A DNA stretch of 27,515 nt from Patescibacteria group bacterium (GTDB lineage Bacteria > Patescibacteriota > Minisyncoccia > Phycocordibacterales > JAGLPS01): positions 1-27,515 of the forward strand of contig JBBTXU010000006.1 of NCBI GenBank assembly GCA_038062155.1, in the 5' to 3' direction. Below, piece by piece: positions 18,071-24,824 of this stretch. A program made the position numbers and the translations under genes. A model generated the notes under the pieces. That model saw only the letters and a program-made list of their open reading frames with translations. It was not told the origin of the DNA and ran no database searches. How positions within the stretch are numbered: the stretch's first letter is position 1; each line of letters opens with the position of its first letter.

Positions 18071-18328
18071 ATGAATGGAATCGGTCACTTACTAGAGAAG
18101 CTTAAACGAACACTTTTTCTTCACACTGTGTTTGTTGAGTCTGTTTCAGAGACTGTCGCACACATCGTTGGTGTAAAGATTCCCAGCAAAAATATTTCTT
18201 TCAGGAACGGAAAAATTTTTATTTCAAGCTCTCCTATTGTAAAAAGCGAACTTCTCTTAAATAAAAGTAAAATCATCGAGATAGTACGCGCACAACATCC
18301 TGAAACGGCAATTTCAGATATTGTCTAA
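18071..18328 (+). CDS. DciA/DUF721-like small protein (putative replicative helicase operator)
   Basis: IVGVKIPSKNISFRNGKIFISSSPIVKSELLLNKSKIIEIV resembles the DUF721 core pattern (IVG...G.L.V...S....EL...K..I); position after dnaN. Aligned by eye only. Confidence 0.5.
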   Translation: MNGIGHLLEKLKRTLFLHTVFVESVSETVAHIVGVKIPSKNISFRNGKIFISSSPIVKSELLLNKSKIIEIVRAQHPETAISDIV

Positions 18329-20862
18329 TACAACACAATAAATTTCACAACACTCTCTTTTCTATTAAACACAGAATCCTGCACAATAACTTTTAATTCA
18401 TTTTCTCCTCCGCGCGCCTCGCTTATTTCCTGTGGAGTGAAAGAGATGCTGTAGGGCGAGCTGTTATTTTCTCCGACATAGACTCCATTAAGAAAGTATT
18501 CTGCGCGAGCGATCGGGTACGTGCCACTGTAGGAAAATAAGATAGTAATCTTCTCGTTTGCACTGTATGGGCGGCCGCCCGGGGACTCAATTGTGACCAT
18601 TGGGAAGGTGCTTGGCATGTGTATGTTGTCAAAAAGTTGCGGCACTGAGCTCTCGGTTGTCTCTGTAATATGCTGTGTTTCCACCCACGTGCGCACTTGG
18701 TACTCCCACCGCTCAAACTGGGGGTCATTTTGGGGGCTTGGGGGCTGTAATCCCCGCGGGTCGTCTTTATTAACCCAATACAAAATATCATGCACTCCGC
18801 CCACCAGAATCTCGTCAAGCGTTTCTTTCGGGGTGTATTCTGTCGCTCTCTTTTGAGAGATGCGGTCAATAGGGAATGAAATTCCTCCCTGCCACTTTCC
18901 CCGCAGTACAGGCTTGAGTTCTGTTAAGGAGAGTTCTTCCTCGATAGGCCTATTAAAACGCTCTTCAGGAATTAAAGGCAAGATTTCTTTCATAAAAGCA
19001 TTCCATAGCGGCGCAATAATAAATCCCGCCACCTTTTTTTCCATAGAGGTATAGTCATTGTTTCCTGCCCACGCTCCTACTGACACGCTGGGCGTATATC
19101 CGATAATCCACGCGTCTTTGTAGTCATTTGTCGTTCCGGTTTTCACCGCGACCTCTCTGTTCGGGAAATAAAGAAATGAATTTTCTCCAAATGCCGGTGC
19201 CCGCGCCGCATTATCAGAGAGAATATCGGAAATGTTTCGAGTAATTTCAGCAGGAATCACCTGTTGCGCCCGCGGAGTTATTTTTTCGAGCACAATTCCA
19301 TTTCTCTGGCGCACCTCAAGGATGGCAGTGTATGGATTTCTCAAACCTTCATTAGCAAATACCCCATACGCACTCGTCATATCAAGGAGCGACACCTCAC
19401 CGCCCCCGAGAACCAAAGTAAGCCCATAACGTCCAATATCAGTAAGGCTCGTCACTCCCATGTCTCGCGTAAGCCGCAATGTCTTATCCATGCCAGCGAG
19501 ATACATTGTTTTGACTGAAGGCACGTTTATAGACTGCGCAAGGGCCTCTCTCATGGTAATTGGGCCCCGGAATATGTTGTCGTAATTCTCCGGCATGTAA
19601 CAGACATCATCTTTATTCTGGAGCGGATTTATAGTGTTGCCCTCCGCATCGCAATATCCGGAAAATTCTGTTTTAAGGTCAAACAAGGTTGTTTCCGGAG
19701 TAAACCCCCTCATAAACGCCGCCGCATAAGCAAAGGGCTTAAACGCAGATCCTGGCTGGCGAGTATGGGCCGTTGCGACATTGTAATTCCCATCAATTTC
19801 CTTATCAAAATAATTCCGCGAGCCGACCATGGTAAGAATCCCCCCGGTTTTTGGGTCCACCGCGACAAGCGCCGCATTTTCAGCATTAAATTTTTCTTTA
19901 TTTTCCAACGCGTACTTCTCTACAATCTCTTCTCCCTTTTTCTGCATCTCATAATCAAGCGTGGTGATGACGGTCAGCCCCCCGCTTTCAACAAGGTCTT
20001 TCCCGTATGTTTCCTCCAAGTATTCTTTTACGAACAAAACAAAATGAGGAGCCTTAATCCCTTTCCCTTCCTGTGGGAGAAATGCGACCTGTTCTTTTTT
20101 TGCAGATTCATACTCTTCCTCTTTTATAAAGCCCACTGAAAGCATTTGGGAAAGCACCAGATTTTTTCTTTTTTCCAATTCATCACGATGCTGTCCGTAT
20201 GGCGAGTAGTAGGTCGGAGCTTGAGGAAGCGCCGCCATATAGGCGGACTCGGCAATGGTAAGTTCGCTCGCGTGTTTTCCGAAAAATACTTCGCTTGCTT
20301 TCTCAATGCCGTAGACACTTCCTCCATAAGGGATTTCATTGAGATACATGCTCAAAATCGCGTCTTTGCTTAACTCTTGTTCCAGTTTGAGAGCTAAAAT
20401 CCATTCCTTGAGCTTTCGAGCGACACTCTTCTCCTTGGTAAGAATTGAATTTTTTATTACCTGCTGGGTAATAGTTGAACCACCCTGGCTGAATTCTCCA
20501 GTTTGGAAGTTGACGAGTATCGCGCGCAGGAGAGCTGTCGGCTGGACACCGCTATGCGTATAGAAATCCTTATCCTCTATCGCGATTGTGGCACGTACCA
20601 CGTTGGGCGAAATCTCCGAGAGCGCGACGACAGTGCGCTTCACATTTTCGAACACGTCATAGAGAAGCACTTTCCCCGTTTTGTCGTAAATTTTAGTTGA
20701 CTGGTCAACCCGCCTCTCTTCAAAAGAATCAAGAGACGGAATTTTAAAACTTGCGGCCCAAAACAAAAGGCTTCCCAAAGAAAAGAGAATGACAATCCCA
20801 GCAATAACAAGTGAGCGTCGGACAATCTTCTTCTCCAACCCCAGTTTTTTCCGGAGAGGCAT
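18325..20862 (-). CDS. Class A penicillin-binding protein (transglycosylase + transpeptidase, C-terminal Ig-like domain)
   Basis: TM anchor; GT51 motifs IAIEDKDFYTHSG, GGSTITQQVIKN, RKLKE; transpeptidase motifs PGSAFK (SxxK), SIN (SxN), KTG; beta-rich C-terminal extension (IARAEYFLNGVYVG). Confidence 0.95.
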   Translation of the reverse strand: MPLRKKLGLEKKIVRRSLVIAGIVILFSLGSLLFWAASFKIPSLDSFEERRVDQSTKIYDKTGKVLLYDVFENVKRTVVALSEISPNVVRATIAIEDKDFYTHSGVQPTALLRAILVNFQTGEFSQGGSTITQQVIKNSILTKEKSVARKLKEWILALKLEQELSKDAILSMYLNEIPYGGSVYGIEKASEVFFGKHASELTIAESAYMAALPQAPTYYSPYGQHRDELEKRKNLVLSQMLSVGFIKEEEYESAKKEQVAFLPQEGKGIKAPHFVLFVKEYLEETYGKDLVESGGLTVITTLDYEMQKKGEEIVEKYALENKEKFNAENAALVAVDPKTGGILTMVGSRNYFDKEIDGNYNVATAHTRQPGSAFKPFAYAAAFMRGFTPETTLFDLKTEFSGYCDAEGNTINPLQNKDDVCYMPENYDNIFRGPITMREALAQSINVPSVKTMYLAGMDKTLRLTRDMGVTSLTDIGRYGLTLVLGGGEVSLLDMTSAYGVFANEGLRNPYTAILEVRQRNGIVLEKITPRAQQVIPAEITRNISDILSDNAARAPAFGENSFLYFPNREVAVKTGTTNDYKDAWIIGYTPSVSVGAWAGNNDYTSMEKKVAGFIIAPLWNAFMKEILPLIPEERFNRPIEEELSLTELKPVLRGKWQGGISFPIDRISQKRATEYTPKETLDEILVGGVHDILYWVNKDDPRGLQPPSPQNDPQFERWEYQVRTWVETQHITETTESSVPQLFDNIHMPSTFPMVTIESPGGRPYSANEKITILFSYSGTYPIARAEYFLNGVYVGENNSSPYSISFTPQEISEARGGENELKVIVQDSVFNRKESVVKFIVLY

Positions 20863-20912
20863 ATATAGCTACCAGTATACCGTCATAGAGCCTTTATACC
20901 AGTGCCTAAAGA

Positions 20913-20921
20913 TGCTAAAGT
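20913..20921 (+). promoter_or_regulatory. Extended -10 (TGcTAAAGT) 6 nt before the tyrS ATG
   Basis: Leaderless geometry; a divergent TATACT on the minus strand (20874-20879) could serve the PBP gene. Confidence 0.5.
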
Positions 20922-20927
20922 TACGCT

Positions 20928-22148
20928 ATGTTTGGGGCCTTTTCTCGGAAAATAAATACCGACCCATCAGAAATTGAAAACCTCCTTTCTCGGGGGGTGG
21001 AAGAGGTATTTGTTAAAGATTCTTTGTATAAGAAACTTATTTCAGGGAAACCGCTTCGGGTAAAACTTGGCTTTGACCCCACAGGGTCAAAGATTCACAT
21101 TGGCAGAGCTATTATTCTGCGCAAATTGAAGGTGTTCCAAGACCTGGGCCATACGGCTGTATTCATTGTTGGTGATTTTACAGCCGCGATAGGCGATCCT
21201 TCCGACAAGCTTGAAAAGCGTCCGACGCTTGGAAGGGAAGAGATAGAAAAAAATCTTAAAGACTATAAGACTCAAATCGGAAAAATTATTAATCTTGATA
21301 AAACGGAGTTTCATTACAACAGCAAATGGCTTAGAAAACTTACCTTTGAAAAAGCCGTTGAGCTTGCGGAAAGCTTCTCTGTCCAGCAGATGTCCGCGCG
21401 AAGAAACTTTAAAGACCGTTTTGAGAAGGGTGAAGAGGTTTCACTTCGTGAATTTCTGTACCCTTTAATGCAAGGCTACGATTCGGTTGAGGTGAGGGCT
21501 GATGTAGAAATAGGCGGATTTGACCAGTTGTTTAATCTGAAGGCCGGACGCATCGTTCAGAGACACTACGGACAAAAAGAACAAGACATTCTCACCACCA
21601 CAATGCTTGAGGGAACCGACGGTAGAAAAATGTCTACCAGTTTGGGCAACGTAATCAACATTACAGATGAGCCGGAAGATATGTTCGGAAAGGTAATGTC
21701 GGTGCAGGATTCTCTGATGGAACAATACTTTCTTCTTGCGACCAACATGCCCCTTTCCGAAATACATTCAATAAAAGAATCACTTAAAGAAAGCGTGGTT
21801 AATCCTCGGGATATAAAACTCCGCCTCGCTCGCACAATTGTTACTCTTTATCACGGAGCACAAAAAGCAGAGAAAGCAGAGAAACATTTTATCAATGTGT
21901 TCAGCAAGGGAGGTGTTCCGGAAGATGTCTTGGAAGTTAATGTTTCTCCCAACACTCTTTTAGTGGATATTTTGATAACTCAAAATATTGTTAGCTCTAA
22001 ATCAGAATTTGCTCGGTTAATTTTAGAAAAAGCGATAACAAAAATGCATCCCCAAGGTGATATAAAAATTATCAATGGGGCTGCGCCAGCTCTAAACGGA
22101 GTCTATAAAATAGGCAAACGCAGGTTTATAAAAGTAGTAGTAAGGTAG
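20928..22148 (+). CDS. tyrS: Tyrosyl-tRNA synthetase
   Basis: KLGFDPTGSKIHIGR (HIGH), IVGDFTAAIGDPS, EFLYPLMQGYDS, EIGGFDQLFN, KMSTS (KMSKS), C-terminal S4-like domain ending KIGKRRF. Confidence 0.97.
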   Translation: MFGAFSRKINTDPSEIENLLSRGVEEVFVKDSLYKKLISGKPLRVKLGFDPTGSKIHIGRAIILRKLKVFQDLGHTAVFIVGDFTAAIGDPSDKLEKRPTLGREEIEKNLKDYKTQIGKIINLDKTEFHYNSKWLRKLTFEKAVELAESFSVQQMSARRNFKDRFEKGEEVSLREFLYPLMQGYDSVEVRADVEIGGFDQLFNLKAGRIVQRHYGQKEQDILTTTMLEGTDGRKMSTSLGNVINITDEPEDMFGKVMSVQDSLMEQYFLLATNMPLSEIHSIKESLKESVVNPRDIKLRLARTIVTLYHGAQKAEKAEKHFINVFSKGGVPEDVLEVNVSPNTLLVDILITQNIVSSKSEFARLILEKAITKMHPQGDIKIINGAAPALNGVYKIGKRRFIKVVVR

Positions 22149-22155
22149 CCGCAAC

Positions 22156-22190
22156 AAAAAACCCCAAGCCTTAGGCTTGGGGTTTTTTTT
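22156..22190. terminator. Bidirectional intrinsic terminator
   Basis: A6-CCCCAAGCC-TTA-GGCTTGGGG-T8, between convergent tyrS and the acidic microprotein gene. Confidence 0.9.
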
Positions 22191-22331
22191 CTACTCTTCT
22201 TCCTTATCCCATCCGTCTCCACTGCTGTCTGGGGCGTCATCTTCATCTGTCTTTTCTGCCTTCTTCACTCCATCAACATCTTCTTCTGTTTCTTCCAATT
22301 CTTCTTCATTGAGAATTTCGTCTGTCATCAT
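22191..22331 (-). CDS. Highly acidic 46-aa microprotein
   Basis: MMTDEILNEEELEETEEDVDGVKKAEKTDEDDAPDSSGDGWDKEEE*; 22 of 46 residues are D/E; the stop abuts the terminator. The 106-aa ORF-track version overlaps ruvC and is probably over-extended. Confidence 0.65.
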   Translation of the reverse strand: MMTDEILNEEELEETEEDVDGVKKAEKTDEDDAPDSSGDGWDKEEE

Positions 22332-22446
22332 GATATTTTTTATAACTATTGCTCCTTTACACCGATATGCAAAGGAAAACTCCTTATGTTGTATCAAATG
22401 CGCAATAGTTTGCCAATAAGCATTCGCTATTAACTGTTGATAAGGC

Positions 22447-22941
22447 TTAGGAGGTTTTCTTGCGAGAGATAAGGTGAGTAAGGCCCACCGCAATCGCATC
22501 ATACTCATCATCGTGCTCTATCTCCTTTTCTATACTAACGAGTTTTCCTAGCATAAATTCTATCTGGCGTTTATCGCTTCCCCCATGGCTGGTTACCGCG
22601 ATTTTTACCGCTGAAGGCACGTACTCAAATACAAGGAGCCCCAGGCGCGAAACTATCGAAAGCACCGCCCCCCGTGCTTCAGCAACAAGAATCGCAGTTT
22701 TTCTATTTTTCCCAAAAAACAAAGACTCTATCGCGCACACATTCGGCTTCCACTCCTTCACGCACGCTTCAACCGCTCGTGAGAGTATTGCCAAGCGCTC
22801 GCTGTGGGGAATTTTTGGTGAAGTTTTTATACAATCCGAAAATAGGACAATTTCTCTCCCATCTTTTTTTTCAAGTACGGCAATACCCATCCGCTCGTAG
22901 CCCGGGTCAATCGCAAGCACCCGCGTATCTTTATTCAACAT
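22447..22941 (-). CDS. ruvC: Holliday junction resolvase RuvC
   Basis: RVLAIDPGYERMG, AIESLFF, AEARG, YVPSAVKIAVTSHGGSDKRQI, HDDEYDAIAVGLTH (catalytic acidic residues present); start trimmed to ATG 22941. Confidence 0.95.
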   Translation of the reverse strand: MLNKDTRVLAIDPGYERMGIAVLEKKDGREIVLFSDCIKTSPKIPHSERLAILSRAVEACVKEWKPNVCAIESLFFGKNRKTAILVAEARGAVLSIVSRLGLLVFEYVPSAVKIAVTSHGGSDKRQIEFMLGKLVSIEKEIEHDDEYDAIAVGLTHLISRKKTS

Positions 22942-23461
22942 TCGTGTAGACGTCTTGGATATCTTCATGTGCTTCAAGTTGTTCAACAAGTGTTCCGAGC
23001 ACTTCCGTATCAGTGTCGGAAAGCGCCACCGTACTTTTAGGCACCCACCCACCTGCCGCCTTTTCAAATGCCCACGTCGCCGCTCCGCTTCCCGCAAGAG
23101 AGAAGCCGAGCTCGGAGAGTATGTGCCTGATTTCCGCCGCAGTTTTGTTTCTGTTTGAAGTCAGCCCCTCAATCACAATCGCGCATCCGCCCGGCCCGTA
23201 TGTCTCATATGTCACCACATCAACCGCTTCGCCCCCCGCATCTTTCGCTTTTTTTATCGCACGCTCAATATTGTCACTAGGCATATTTGCCGCACGCGCT
23301 TTTTCAATCGCTGCTCGCAGCCCTGGCGCTTCCATATTTCCATTCGCATTCTTTGCCTCGACAGTAATAAGCCGTATGACCTTTGAAAAAATCCGGCTTT
23401 TTTGAGCGTCTGTTGTCGCCTTTTTATTTTTTATTTGTTTCCACTTGCTGTGTCCTGCCAT
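22931..23461 (-). CDS. yebC: YebC/PmpR-family protein, shortened form
   Basis: MAGHSKWKQIKNKK, NMPSDNIERAIKKA, YETYGPGGCAIVIEGLTSNRNKT, LEAHEDIQDVYTN; 176 aa. Confidence 0.95.
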   Translation of the reverse strand: MAGHSKWKQIKNKKATTDAQKSRIFSKVIRLITVEAKNANGNMEAPGLRAAIEKARAANMPSDNIERAIKKAKDAGGEAVDVVTYETYGPGGCAIVIEGLTSNRNKTAAEIRHILSELGFSLAGSGAATWAFEKAAGGWVPKSTVALSDTDTEVLGTLVEQLEAHEDIQDVYTNVE

Positions 23462-23464
23462 ATA

Positions 23465-24448
23465 TTATTTATCTACATGCCGTTTGCCTTCGTCCGTTAT
23501 CACGCGGCCGCGCGCCGTTCGCTCTATGAATCCGATTTGCAAAAGATACGGCTCATTAAACTCTTCAATAGTTGACTCTTCTTCCGCGAGAGCTGCTGCA
23601 ATAGTATTGAGCCCCACTGGTCCTCCTCCGAATTTCTGCAATATTGTTTCAAGAATAGTGCGGTCGGCGGGTGAGAGTCCTCGTTCATCAACGCCGAGCA
23701 TTTTTAGTGCTCCATGTACGACGTCTTGTGATAAATCAACTTTATTTACTTGAGCGAAGTCTCGACAACGCTTCAAAAAGTAATTTGCGGTGCGCGGAGT
23801 AAATCTGCTTCTTAGCGCAATCTCATGTATGGCGTCTTCACTTATAGAAACTCCAAGCACGCGTGCCGAGCGCCTGACAATGCTTTCAATTTCTTCTGGG
23901 CTATAGAATTCTAGTCTGAAAATTCCTCCGGAAAAACGGCTTCGCAGGGGCGATGAGATAAGAGCGATGCGAGTTGTTGCCGCAATGATGCTGAATGGCG
24001 GAAGTTCAAGTTGTACCGTGCGCGCCGAAGGGCCCTTGCCGATAATGATGTCTAAAGACCCTGACTCCATGGCAGGATAGAGTACCTCCTCAATTGTTTT
24101 ATTGAGCCGGTGTATTTCATCTATGAAAAGAATGTCTCCTGGCGAGAGATTGGTCAAAATCGAAGCTAAATCCGCCACTCGCTCGATTGCGGGACCGGAA
24201 GTTGCCTTCATTTGCGCGCCCGTTTCCTTTGCGATAAGATGTGCGAGCGTCGTTTTACCCAGCCCCGGCGGTCCATAAAAGAGGACATGCTCGGGGGTAT
24301 GGCCTCGCTCTTTGGCAGCTGTTAGGAGAACACGCAGGTTTTCCTTGATACTTTGCTGTCCTACGTATTCATCCCAAGTAGCAGGCCGCAGTGTCGCATC
24401 AAATGAAGCGTCGCTGTCAGTTGATGGGTTAGAGGGTGCTCTTGACAT
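23465..24448 (-). CDS. ruvB: Holliday junction branch-migration ATPase RuvB
   Basis: LRPATWDEYVGQ, HVLFYGPPGLGKTTLA, TSGP, LFIDEIHRL, LYPAMES, ATTR, SRFTPRTAN, EPYLLQIGFIERTARGR. Confidence 0.98.
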   Translation of the reverse strand: MSRAPSNPSTDSDASFDATLRPATWDEYVGQQSIKENLRVLLTAAKERGHTPEHVLFYGPPGLGKTTLAHLIAKETGAQMKATSGPAIERVADLASILTNLSPGDILFIDEIHRLNKTIEEVLYPAMESGSLDIIIGKGPSARTVQLELPPFSIIAATTRIALISSPLRSRFSGGIFRLEFYSPEEIESIVRRSARVLGVSISEDAIHEIALRSRFTPRTANYFLKRCRDFAQVNKVDLSQDVVHGALKMLGVDERGLSPADRTILETILQKFGGGPVGLNTIAAALAEEESTIEEFNEPYLLQIGFIERTARGRVITDEGKRHVDK

Positions 24449-24470
24449 GTTAATCTTTTTATGCTACGAT
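24442..24470 (+). promoter_or_regulatory. Near-consensus sigma70 promoter driving the structured RNA
   Basis: TTGACA (24442-24447), 17-nt spacer, TG-c-TACGAT (24462-24470); predicted TSS about 24476-24478. The -35 overlaps the ruvB start codon on the opposite strand. Confidence 0.7.
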
Positions 24471-24476
24471 TTTCCG

Positions 24477-24690
24477 TAGAGGTGAATCGTCGCAATTCTT
24501 TATTCCAACATACAAATCTCTAAGCAACGGAGCCCTTCGGGGCTTTCTAGAATTTCTTTGAGGATGTCGTGGCTTCGGCTGAGGCTCTCCTTGAAAGAAC
24601 TACTTAGCTTTTGATACGCCTATTAAAAGTGTTGCTTGGAGATTTGTGTTTTGGAATCTTTCTCAATTCTAGTACGTATTGATTTCTCCG
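24477..24690 (+). ncRNA. Putative structured ncRNA (6S-like outline, four-way junction head); family unknown
   Basis: 27-bp stem 24502-24528/24631-24657; hairpins 24531-24544 (cUUCGg), 24554-24599 (cUUCGg) and 24608-24629; G:U pairs consistently favour the plus strand; upstream promoter; no ORF of 60 aa or more. Folded by hand. Confidence 0.6.
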
Positions 24691-24753
24691 CAAGATTGAC
24701 GGGCAAACAACTTCAATCTGCTGTTTCGCTGTCAAAACAGGAAAGGTTTTTAT

Positions 24754-24791
24754 TGTACTAGTACAGTGAGTGAAGTGAACATGTTCACTTC
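24754..24791. promoter_or_regulatory. Two adjacent perfect palindromes (operator- or terminator-like)
   Basis: TGTACTAGTACA (24754-24765) and GAAGTGAACATGTTCACTTC (24772-24791). Confidence 0.45.
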
Positions 24792-24824
24792 TAAACGAGA
24801 CGACAAGAAGAGGCTTGATAACTC

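Noticed and set aside
22332-22352. preQ1-I-like A-rich tail (ATAAAAAA) after a stem
   Set aside because: Lacks the small 5-bp stem and ligand-binding loop of preQ1-I; no queuosine-related gene follows.
22942-23097. N-terminal extension of RuvC
   Set aside because: Lies inside yebC; RuvC homology starts at MLNKDTRVLAIDPG.
24573-24600. Hammerhead ribozyme core in the structured RNA
   Set aside because: CTGAGGC does not match CUGANGA, and the GAAA and cleavage-site geometry is absent.
24706-24735. Minus-strand TTGACA as the ruvB promoter
   Set aside because: No acceptable -10 at 16-18 nt spacing.
24776-24787. Gram-positive LexA (Cheo) box in the 20-bp palindrome
   Set aside because: The spacing is GAAC-N2-GTTC, not GAAC-N4-GTTC.
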